Counted from the first letter of the stretch, positions 6,542-12,031 are shown. The stretch is DNA of 14,572 nt from an uncultured Candidatus Saccharibacteria bacterium (GCA_964651525.1 CAZYWN010000011.1:1-14572), one strand, 5' to 3'. Numbers and translations: made by a program. Notes: generated by a model not told the origin, from the letters alone.

Positions 6542-6627
6542 AACAAGAAAGCATACGGCGCTACGCGCCTAATCAACGAAGCAAATCTGTTTCGTTGATT
6601 TTTTGTTTCTTTGCTTCGTTGTTTTAT
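6538..6627. repeat. Nested-hairpin GCTTCGTTG-word module, copy 1 (between convergent holA-like and TrmB-like genes)
   Basis: Outer stem is ATAAAACAAGAAAGCA (6538-6553) with TGCTTCGTTGTTTTAT (6612-6627), 14/16 paired. Core AAGCATACGGCGCTACGCGCCTAA (6549-6572) is 23/24 identical to 11904-11927. It contains the hairpin GGCGC-TAC-GCGCC. Confidence 0.7.
6572..6605 (+). terminator. Rho-independent terminator for the holA-like gene (inner hairpin of the module)
   Basis: ATCAACGAA (6572-6580), 10-nt loop, TTCGTTGAT (6591-6599), followed by TTTTTTG. Confidence 0.7.
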
Positions 6628-7454
6628 TGCTTCGTTGCTTCGTTTTCTTCTTGCCGCGCGATAAGTGTCCGCAAAAGCTCATTCGCATCAATAGAGCGCG
6701 AATTGTCCTGCATAAACTGGAACAATGCGAGTATCATTTTCTGAATTTCTGAGTTTCTGATTTCAATGATAATTCCTTCATTCAACGCCAAAAGATAAAG
6801 AGATTTTTTGAATATAAACATCTGGCTGCCGTGCTCAAAATATTTCGGGTCAATAACGTTGAAACGCGTCGTTCGTCCTTCAAAATCCTTTGCCCACTCC
6901 GCTCCAAACTTTGCCGTCTGTTCTTCAAACCAATTTTCGGGAGCAATCGCCTCAACAATGAGGCGGTTGTTTTTTATTGCACGATTGAGACGGTTTGTTT
7001 CGGCTACGGAAAAATATTTTTCCCAGCCGATATTTGAGACGGACCCTTGGTAACCATACAACCGCTCCCCCTTATTTTCTTCTATAATCTCATGGAGAAG
7101 GGTTTTTATCGCTTTCTCGCCACGATGGATGACGATTGTCGCGTCCGCCTGCCCGTACACTTCTTCGCGCCCTTCTGGAATGCCTAAAAGCGCGTGTTTT
7201 GCATCAGCGATAGCGCGGTCTATATCGCGCTCTTCGCTAACACGCCAGCGTTTTTTGCCATCATGCGTGTGATATTCTGCAAGTCCCCTCTTTTTCAGGT
7301 TTTTCAGGATTGCATATACGGCAGGGCGTGATACCCCCGTTTGTCGGGCCAGTAAAAGCGGCGTATTCGCGTCGCCACGGAGCGCCAAAAGCGCCTTTTC
7401 TTCTTTGTCGCTTAGCCCAAGAGCCCTTAATTTGTCGTCTTTTTTCGTTGCCAT
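6624..7454 (-). CDS. TrmB-like winged-helix transcriptional regulator with uncharacterised C-terminal domain
   Basis: The 276-aa ORF has the N-terminal wHTH LGLSDKEEKALLALRGDANTPLLLARQTGVSRPAVYAILKNLKKRGLAEY, typical of the TrmB N-terminal domain. The last residues EENEATKQ and the stop are encoded by the GCTTCGTTG repeat words. Confidence 0.8.
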   Translation of the reverse strand: MATKKDDKLRALGLSDKEEKALLALRGDANTPLLLARQTGVSRPAVYAILKNLKKRGLAEYHTHDGKKRWRVSEERDIDRAIADAKHALLGIPEGREEVYGQADATIVIHRGEKAIKTLLHEIIEENKGERLYGYQGSVSNIGWEKYFSVAETNRLNRAIKNNRLIVEAIAPENWFEEQTAKFGAEWAKDFEGRTTRFNVIDPKYFEHGSQMFIFKKSLYLLALNEGIIIEIRNSEIQKMILALFQFMQDNSRSIDANELLRTLIARQEENEATKQ

Positions 7455-7489
7455 GCCTCAAGTATAGCAAAATCCATCCTATCTGTAAA
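7455..7489 (-). promoter_or_regulatory. Near-consensus promoter of the TrmB-like gene, leaderless geometry
   Basis: The minus strand reads TTTACA, 17-nt spacer, TGC-TATACT, 6 nt (tgaggc), then ATG (7454). There is no Shine-Dalgarno. Confidence 0.55.
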
Positions 7490-7504
7490 GTTTTTTAGAC
7501 AGAT
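7481..7504. promoter_or_regulatory. Inverted repeat ATCTGT-N12-ACAGAT, candidate operator overlapping the regulator's -35
   Basis: ATCTGT (7481-7486) and ACAGAT (7499-7504) lie in the divergent intergenic region. The left half-site overlaps the TTTACA -35 of the minus-strand promoter. Confidence 0.3.
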
Positions 7505-7572
7505 TGTAATACATAAAACTTCTTGATAAATAAGGAATTTTTGCGGGAAATATTCAAATACAATACAAATTT

Positions 7573-7601
7573 TTTACTGTCAATGCCGTACGTGGTAAAA
7601 T
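7573..7601 (+). promoter_or_regulatory. Candidate promoter for the two-gene membrane protein operon
   Basis: TTTACT (7573-7578), 17-nt spacer, TGG-TAAAAT (hexamer 7596-7601). The ~45-nt leader carries a GAGAGGGG Shine-Dalgarno before ATG 7652. Confidence 0.35.
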
Positions 7602-7651
7602 ATAGGCAGAAGAAGTCCCTTGAAGCACACCTGAACAGAGAGGGGAACATC

Positions 7652-8254
7652 ATGAACGGACTGATGCGGTTGTGGAAAGCAAACATGTTGACAACGATTT
7701 TGCAAGCGGTAGTTGCGGCGGGGTTCTACTATATCACCGTGACTTCGCCGCGCGGGAAGACGGAAGGAAGCGTCGAGCATGTCATTTTCACGCTTTTTGA
7801 GCTCCTTCTGGTTTCGCTTTTGGCGGGCATGCTCGTAAGCACCGCGATGATAATGGATAGGAAAACTCATGAGAAAGAGAAGGGCCGGTTCACGGACCTA
7901 CTCTTCGTGTATCCGGGCTGGGTTTCCGTCTTCGCGCTCTTTTGCGCTCTCTGGGCCGTTATGGCAGGCGCGTATGGAGCGGAAACATATTCCGTATTCG
8001 TTAAGGGGTGGAAATCCGGTGGTATTGGCGCCTTTCATGCGGCCTTTGACGTTTTCACGTTTCTGTTCGCCTTCTTGTGCTACGGCGGCATGTTCGCATT
8101 CCTGGGCATCGGCAGTTTCGTCTGCGTCCTCAAGGCGGCGGACGAAAACAATGCTCCGCGGTGGGTATATGGCGTAGCCGCCTTGCCCTTCGGCGCGGGT
8201 GTCATTGCGGGCGGCGCGCTCATCCTCACATACAACATACTCACCAGAAAATAA
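7652..8254 (+). CDS. Uncharacterised polytopic membrane protein (about 5 predicted TM segments)
   Basis: 200 aa from ATG 7652 (GAGAGGGG 5 nt upstream), in frame with track ORF 7523..8254. Hydrophobic stretches are separated by short charged loops (e.g. DRKTHEKEKGRFTD). I recognise no family. Confidence 0.7.
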   Translation: MNGLMRLWKANMLTTILQAVVAAGFYYITVTSPRGKTEGSVEHVIFTLFELLLVSLLAGMLVSTAMIMDRKTHEKEKGRFTDLLFVYPGWVSVFALFCALWAVMAGAYGAETYSVFVKGWKSGGIGAFHAAFDVFTFLFAFLCYGGMFAFLGIGSFVCVLKAADENNAPRWVYGVAALPFGAGVIAGGALILTYNILTRK

Positions 8255-8264
8255 GGAGAACCTC

Positions 8265-9146
8265 ATGAAACGCGAAACGCTCTCAATCGTTCTCTCGTGC
8301 ATGCTTGGCGCCTTTATCGGCGCGCTCGTGGCGCTCCAGCTCGGCGGATACTTCTGGTTCATCGGCGCGATTCTGGGCGGCGCCGTCGCCTATATAGCGG
8401 TGGATTTCCGCGATTGGGCCGCCGCCTTCCGTTACGCCTGGCGGCGAACCATCGCTTGGCGGCCATACTCGCCATACTGGAAGACGCTCGGCGTGGCGCT
8501 CGTCTCCGGAATCTGTGTGATGCCGACTATCATAGCCGCGACATATCTGCTCATCGTCTTCGTGGCGTTTGCGAGTGGAGTTAGGGGCCACGACTTTAGC
8601 GTCATTCTCACCGGCCCACTCGTTGCGTACATCTCGCTATTTCTGGCATTCATGCTTGGTGCTTTCCTCGCGCTCCCCGAAGTGCTCCAGTCAGTCAGCT
8701 TCAATCTTTATGAAGTACGCGAGAAACTCATCGGGAGAACGCCGACCCGTAAAGGATATAAAGCAAATCTTCTCGCTTTCCGGAAAAAGTGCTGGGGTGT
8801 TGCGAAGTGGGGAAACCTCGCAAGCGTCCTCTTTCTCTCGGTATTCGGCGTGGTGGGAGGCGTGGTATACTGCATCATCAAAGCACCGCGTATCACGGCG
8901 GCAACATGGCGCGGCGGCAAGGTGGCAAGCATTCTTTTCTTCGCCTTCGCCCGATACATGTTCCTCTACGCGCATTCAAGCCGGCGCGTGCTCTGCTTCA
9001 CAGACGCCGCGCTCGGCGCCGCGGCGGGGTATCAGTTCGGCAGTGCGCTCGCCGGTGCAGTGATTGGCGGCGCCCTCGGGCTCCTGAACTACGAGCTCGT
9101 CTCGGTGCGCTGGCTGGGGCTTGCGCCATACCGTGCGCGGAAATAG
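8265..9146 (+). CDS. Uncharacterised membrane protein with glycine-zipper-like TM segments at both termini
   Basis: 293 aa from ATG 8265. AAGGAG (8253-8258) overlaps the stop of the upstream gene, suggesting tight coupling. The N-terminus has GAFIGALVALQLGGYFWFIGAILGGAVAYIAV and the C-terminus has GAAAGYQFGSALAGAVIGGALGLL. The basic loops are Arg/Trp-rich. Confidence 0.75.
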   Translation: MKRETLSIVLSCMLGAFIGALVALQLGGYFWFIGAILGGAVAYIAVDFRDWAAAFRYAWRRTIAWRPYSPYWKTLGVALVSGICVMPTIIAATYLLIVFVAFASGVRGHDFSVILTGPLVAYISLFLAFMLGAFLALPEVLQSVSFNLYEVREKLIGRTPTRKGYKANLLAFRKKCWGVAKWGNLASVLFLSVFGVVGGVVYCIIKAPRITAATWRGGKVASILFFAFARYMFLYAHSSRRVLCFTDAALGAAAGYQFGSALAGAVIGGALGLLNYELVSVRWLGLAPYRARK

Positions 9147-9171
9147 CTTCTGTTCTTTTTTCTTTTCCTTA

Positions 9172-9227
9172 CACCGCCGTGTCAAGGTCCGTCATACGGA
9201 TCAAACACGGCGGTTTTTTTATTTTTT
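9172..9227 (+). terminator. Rho-independent terminator after the membrane protein operon
   Basis: CACCGCCGTGT (9172-9182) pairs with ACACGGCGGT (9205-9214) around a loop holding a small TCCGT/ACGGA hairpin. It is followed by TTTTTTTATTTTTT. Confidence 0.7.
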
Positions 9228-9260
9228 AGCGTTTTCTCTTTTTTTTGCTTCGTTGTTTTG

Positions 9261-9275
9261 TGGTATAGTATATTC
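9261..9275 (+). promoter_or_regulatory. Extended -10 box giving a leaderless start for the small-membrane-protein cluster
   Basis: TGG-TATAGT (hexamer 9264-9269), then 6 nt (atattc) to ATG 9276. There is no Shine-Dalgarno. Confidence 0.4.
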
Positions 9276-9476
9276 ATGCGGCTCAATCGGTATCAGATAG
9301 AACTTGTATCAAAGTATTTCGCCGATTTGTCTAAAATCATAATCGCGTCGGTGGTAATCGTTTATTTTGTCCCTGCACAAGGAGCCGTTGTGACGCCTTT
9401 GGTTTTTCTTGTAAGCATAGTGGTCGCTATTTCGTGCATCTTGATTGGGGTTTCCCTGTCAAAACAACTTATATGA
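9276..9476 (+). CDS. Small membrane protein (66 aa, 2 predicted TM)
   Basis: MRLNRYQIELVSKYFADLSKIIIASVVIVYFVPAQGAVVTPLVFLVSIVVAISCILIGVSLSKQLI. It is in frame with track ORF 9258..9476. ATG 9276 is preferred because of the -10 geometry. Confidence 0.55.
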   Translation: MRLNRYQIELVSKYFADLSKIIIASVVIVYFVPAQGAVVTPLVFLVSIVVAISCILIGVSLSKQLI

Positions 9477-9556
9477 ATTTTCTTTTGGTTTTTTATTTAA
9501 CTATCGGATTTTTTGCCACGGCATTTTATATCTGGGCAGTAAATCATAAAGAATAA
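9473..9556 (+). CDS. Candidate 27-aa hydrophobic micro-protein
   Basis: Below the track size cut-off. Its ATG overlaps the upstream TGA as ATGA (9473-9476), a classic coupling arrangement. The peptide MNFLLVFYLTIGFFATAFYIWAVNHKE is a single TM-like segment. Confidence 0.3.
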   Translation: MNFLLVFYLTIGFFATAFYIWAVNHKE

Positions 9557-9564
9557 TATTTACT

Positions 9565-9678
9565 ATGGAATGGACCTATACTTCGTTTGAGATATTTGGT
9601 GTTGTCGCCTCGCTCATCATGCTTGGCGTTATCTTCTTTTATAGACCTAAAAAACGAAAGAACAGCGAACTTTCTTAA
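9565..9678 (+). CDS. Candidate 37-aa single-TM micro-protein
   Basis: Below the track cut-off. MEWTYTSFEIFGVVASLIMLGVIFFYRPKKRKNSELS has a hydrophobic core followed by a basic tail (positive-inside pattern). It ends 7 nt before the next ATG. Confidence 0.35.
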   Translation: MEWTYTSFEIFGVVASLIMLGVIFFYRPKKRKNSELS

Positions 9679-9685
9679 AAAGAGT

Positions 9686-10042
9686 ATGCTTTCCATCTTC
9701 CCCACCCTACTTGCCTACGGGCTTTTCGCGCCGTTTATCATACGCATCGCGCTCGGCGCGCTTTGCGTGTATGGCGCGCTCACGCTCGCGAACGCTGACC
9801 TGCGCAAGGAAAAACACTCCCCCTATCTTTGGGGTGTACTCATACTCCCTGCGATAGTAGGAGGAGCGTTCGTCCTCACGGGGTTTTTCACACAAATCGG
9901 CGCGCTCATACTCATGGCGCGCATCGCGCTTGAAATCTATACTGTGCCGACGAAGCGTACTACTTGCATTCTTGCTTTCGTTATGGCGCTTTCGCTCCTT
10001 TTTTCCGGCGCGGGCTTCCTCGCGTTTGATTTGCCACTCTAG
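9686..10042 (+). CDS. DoxX-like small integral membrane protein
   Basis: 118 aa from ATG 9686 (in frame with track ORF 9587..10042): MLSIFPTLLAYGLFAPFIIRIALGALCVYGALTL... Four hydrophobic segments and the RIALG motif resemble the DoxX family, judged by eye. Confidence 0.65.
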   Translation: MLSIFPTLLAYGLFAPFIIRIALGALCVYGALTLANADLRKEKHSPYLWGVLILPAIVGGAFVLTGFFTQIGALILMARIALEIYTVPTKRTTCILAFVMALSLLFSGAGFLAFDLPL

Positions 10043-10099
10043 TGCCACGGCACTCGCAGAACAACGCAGATAGTAATGCAGAAAAAGACGCAGAAAAAT

Positions 10100-10127
10100 C
10101 AAAAAACCGCCAGAAGGCGGTTATTTA
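10100..10127. terminator. Bidirectional terminator between the DoxX-like gene (+) and tRNA-Lys (-)
   Basis: ACCGCC (10106-10111), loop AGAA, GGCGGT (10116-10121). An A-run lies upstream, giving TTTTTTGATTTTT on the minus strand directly after the tRNA. TTATTT follows on the + strand. Confidence 0.7.
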
Positions 10128-10128
10128 A

Positions 10129-10201
10129 TGCCCTCAGCAGGATTCGAACCTGCGACCGTCTCCTTAAAAGGGAGCTGCTCTACCGACTGAGCTATGAGGG
10201 C
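10129..10201 (-). tRNA. tRNA-Lys (anticodon UUU), CCA not encoded
   Basis: Reverse complement is GCCCTCA TA GCTC AGTCGGTA GAGC A GCTCC CTTTTAA GGAGA CGGTC GCAGG TTCGAAT CCTGC TGAGGGC A. It is a canonical cloverleaf with GG in the D-loop and a TTCGAAT T-loop. Confidence 0.95.
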
Positions 10202-10502
10202 ATGGAGGATTACATCATTTAAGCACATATTTTCTAATTTCTCCAGTTTCCGCACGTTTTTAATGACTTTTCCAGTTTCCAGCGTCTAGTTTTCTAGAAT
10301 CCAGAGTTATCCCCACCCTTCCCCTTGCGCGGGTGAAGCGGCGCGCGGTATGATTAAAAAGGATAGGAATAGAACCTCCTGAAGACAACGTGTCCCGCGT
10401 CAAGGGTTATCACTCGGTTTCTTTCTAGGGATTCTCTTCCATACAGTTCTTTCTGCTCCTTTACCCACAATCTAATATACAAAACATGTAAAATCCATGT
10501 TT

Positions 10503-10537
10503 GAAGGACCACCTCTCTGGCTGGTCCTTCTTTTTTT
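10503..10537 (+). terminator. Orphan plus-strand Rho-independent terminator with no upstream plus-strand ORF
   Basis: GAAGGACCA (10503-10511), 10-nt loop, TGGTCCTTC (10522-10530), followed by TTTTTTT (10531-10537). Confidence 0.65.
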
Positions 10538-10575
10538 ATGTGTCTTCCCTGTATTTCGACAACAATGTATTTTTT

Positions 10576-10647
10576 ATTCGCATGTGCGACATTCGTAGAG
10601 TCGCATTCCCCTTTTCCGACTCGATGTCGGAAAAGGGGAAGACGCAC
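10576..10647. repeat. Two-hairpin repeat module, copy A (downstream flank of the DUF502-like gene)
   Basis: ATTCGCATGTGCGACATTCGTAGAGTCGCATTCC contains hairpin 1: TGCGAC (10585-10590) with GTCGCA (10600-10605). Hairpin 2 is CCCCTTTTCCGAC-TCGAT-GTCGGAAAAGGGG (10608-10638), followed by AAGACGCACAAA. Confidence 0.8.
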
Positions 10648-10674
10648 AAAAAAGCGCCTTTTTACGGGCGCTTT
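10645..10674 (-). terminator. Rho-independent terminator of the DUF502-like gene
   Basis: On the minus strand, AAAGCGCC / GGCGCTTT forms the stem. The stop codon (10662-10664) lies in the loop. TTTTTTGTG follows, and that U-tract is the complement of the conserved A-rich tail of repeat copy A. Confidence 0.6.
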
Positions 10675-11303
10675 CCTTTTTTCACGAGAACAGCCACTGA
10701 TTCAAGTTCATCCGCTGCCGGATAATTACTCCCTCCGGCGCCGCAGGCGACTACGATACTGAATACTTCCTGCATGGTGAGCATCGGCAATGGAAACACA
10801 ACCTCGTTCCGGAGCGTATGGATAAACCCCGTGGTGAAATTGGGCGCTGTCGGTTCAAAACACCGGCAATACCCTTCCCGTGGATAACCGACAACGAACC
10901 CCATCTTCTCCGTGTTTTCCCTTCCTTCAGGAAAAAATATCGCCGACGAGATGAATATCGTCTTCTTGTTCTTGAAAATAGATGAAAATTGAGAAAGAGC
11001 GTCCCGTAAGAGCGAATAGCCGATAACAATTCGCTCTACCGGTTTTTCCACAAACCGCCCGAGGCGCGTTTTGGCAAGTACCCCAATGGAGAAACACAAC
11101 GCGAGCGCGATTGAGAACTCAAGCCCTTTCGCGACATACTCGTTTAAGGCGACTCCCATTGAGGCAATCTTTACCAACGGCCCCGTAATGAGCGATATCG
11201 TATTGAGGAGCATATTCAAAAGCGCAAAAGGAAACGACACCGAAAAAGCGATGATGAAGCCCCCTATCAAAGACGCAATGAAAAAATCCTTGATTCTTCG
11301 CAT
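10662..11303 (-). CDS. DUF502-family membrane protein
   Basis: 213 aa with N-terminal TM helices. The C-terminal block FEPTAPNFTTGFIHTLRNEVVFPLPMLTMQEVFSIVVACGAG resembles the DUF502 signature (PTTPNPTSG...VP...MS.E.A...SGG), judged by eye. AGGAAGG Shine-Dalgarno lies 7 nt before the ATG. Confidence 0.8.
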   Translation of the reverse strand: MRRIKDFFIASLIGGFIIAFSVSFPFALLNMLLNTISLITGPLVKIASMGVALNEYVAKGLEFSIALALCFSIGVLAKTRLGRFVEKPVERIVIGYSLLRDALSQFSSIFKNKKTIFISSAIFFPEGRENTEKMGFVVGYPREGYCRCFEPTAPNFTTGFIHTLRNEVVFPLPMLTMQEVFSIVVACGAGGSNYPAADELESVAVLVKKGKRP

Positions 11304-11351
11304 CTATGGCCTTCCTGCGATTGTGAAAAACAGGGTTGACATCTGGGGTTA

Positions 11352-11380
11352 TGTATAGCACATTTCCCGCGTGTTGGAAA
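11352..11380 (-). promoter_or_regulatory. Candidate promoter of the DUF502-like gene
   Basis: The minus strand reads TTTCCA, 17-nt spacer, TGC-TATACA, with about 45 nt of leader to ATG 11303. Confidence 0.3.
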
Positions 11381-11420
11381 CAACGCCCCCAACGGGCGTC
11401 ACGTCGCGTTCCCGTCTTAA

Positions 11421-11495
11421 ATTCGTATGTGCGACATTCGTAGTGTCGCATTCCGTTTTTTCGGACTCGATGTCCGAAAAAACGGAAGACACAAA
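11421..11495. repeat. Two-hairpin repeat module, copy B (upstream flank of the DUF502-like gene)
   Basis: ATTCGTATGTGCGACATTCGTAGTGTCGCATTCC is 32/34 identical to copy A. Hairpin 2 is CCGTTTTTTCGGAC-TCGAT-GTCCGAAAAAACGG (11453-11485), followed by AAGACACAAAG. It is in the same orientation as copy A. Confidence 0.8.
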
Positions 11496-11527
11496 GAAAA
11501 ACCTCTCCCGCGTGAGCGAGAGAGGTT
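11493..11527 (-). terminator. Rho-independent terminator of the 65-aa gene
   Basis: AACCTCTC-C-CGC GTGA GCG-A-GAGAGGTT forms a hairpin with a GNRA-type loop. On the minus strand it is followed by TTTTTCTTTGTG, which is the complement of the tail of repeat copy B. Confidence 0.65.
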
Positions 11528-11565
11528 TTCTGTCTGCAGACAGTTGAGACGGGTCGTAAGAGAAA

Positions 11566-11763
11566 TTACTGCCCTTCTACTGCTGGCACCTCTGCGGCAC
11601 CGTCAACGGCCGCGTCAGCCGCTGCCGCTTGGTCAGCCACGGCGTCCAAGGAGTTGTCCGCCGCAGGCGCTGCGTCGTCTTTCCCCATGAGGAAATATCC
11701 CCCGAGGACGACCAACGCCAAAACCGCAAAAATAGCAACGTTGCGATTGAGAAGTTTGTCCAT
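11566..11763 (-). CDS. Small N-terminally anchored protein with Ala/Asp-rich acidic tail
   Basis: 65 aa: MDKLLNRNVAIFAVLALVVLGGYFLMGKDDAAPAADNSLDAVADQAAAADAAVDGAAEVPAVEGQ. It has one TM/signal-anchor and a low-complexity tail. It has its own terminator, and I recognise no homolog. Confidence 0.5.
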   Translation of the reverse strand: MDKLLNRNVAIFAVLALVVLGGYFLMGKDDAAPAADNSLDAVADQAAAADAAVDGAAEVPAVEGQ

Positions 11764-11891
11764 ACTGAAAAACGATTTATATTATGTAGAGTTAAACACT
11801 ACTCTTATCGACCCTTAAATCCGGATTTGTAAGGATTCGTTGTTAGTATAGCAAAAAACATTCTTCATATGCAAGTTATACACAGGAAAGC

Positions 11892-11998
11892 AGCGAAGCA
11901 ATAAAGCATACGGCGCTTCGCGCCTAAGCAAAAAAGCAAATCGCTTCTTTGTTTCGTTGCTTCGTTGCTTTATTGCTTCTTTGCTTCATTGCTTTATT
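11892..11998. repeat. Nested-hairpin GCTTCGTTG-word module, copy 2 (divergent gap upstream of the SpoU-family gene)
   Basis: Core AAGCATACGGCGCTTCGCGCCTAA (11904-11927). The outer stem GAAGCAATAAAGCA (11895-11908) pairs with TGCTTTATTGCTTC (11966-11979), a perfect 14 bp. It is followed by GCTTCGTTGCTT-type words. Confidence 0.7.
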
Positions 11999-12031
11999 CC
12001 AAATTCAGGCCTTAAATGCTTCAATACCCAA

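Noticed and set aside
7652-9146. Horizontally acquired GC-rich island
   Set aside because: The higher GC is plausibly a by-product of Ala/Gly/Arg-rich membrane proteins. There is no flanking tRNA-proximal integration scar, no direct repeats and no mobility gene. This cannot be quantified without computation.
8077-9229. Alternative-frame and antisense ORFs across the membrane protein genes (e.g. 8297..8584, 8569..9063, 8789..9229, 7898..8362)
   Set aside because: They are Arg/Ser/Pro-rich frames typical of GC-rich DNA read out of frame. The chosen frames give coherent TM helices and have RBS support.
10202-10575. Known structured RNAs (RNase P RNA, SRP/4.5S, tmRNA, guanidine or fluoride riboswitches)
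   Set aside because: I found no GAGGAAAGUCC-type CR-I box, no GGAAGCAGC SRP helix-8 motif, no tRNA-like CCA end with a tag ORF, and no riboswitch core. GGGTGAAGCGGCGCGCGGTA only superficially resembles the RNase P P10-P12 region. The region is kept only as an unclassified ncRNA candidate.
10354-10647. 97-aa minus-strand ORF in the non-coding region
   Set aside because: It starts inside repeat copy A and a terminator region and has no RBS. Its composition is typical of a random frame, and I recognise no motif.
10576-10647. Integron attC sites or gene-cassette structure for the repeats flanking the DUF502-like gene
   Set aside because: There are no RYYYAAC / GTTRRRY core sites and no integrase nearby. 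The hairpins are near-perfect rather than attC-like with extrahelical bases.
11530-11543. Perfect 14-nt palindrome CTGTCTGCAGACAG between the 65-aa gene and its terminator
   Set aside because: It is a single short occurrence with only a weak resemblance to the ATCTGT/ACAGAT operator candidate. It is most simply an extra small hairpin in a 3' UTR, and there is not enough evidence to call it a site.
11957-12031. Upstream extensions of track ORFs (11957, 2602, 3298, 5813, 7523, 8199, 9258, 9587, 13974, 2620)
   Set aside because: The extensions run through repeat elements, promoters or the neighbouring gene and add non-conserved residues. Internal ATG starts fit family N-termini and RBS or -10 geometry better.
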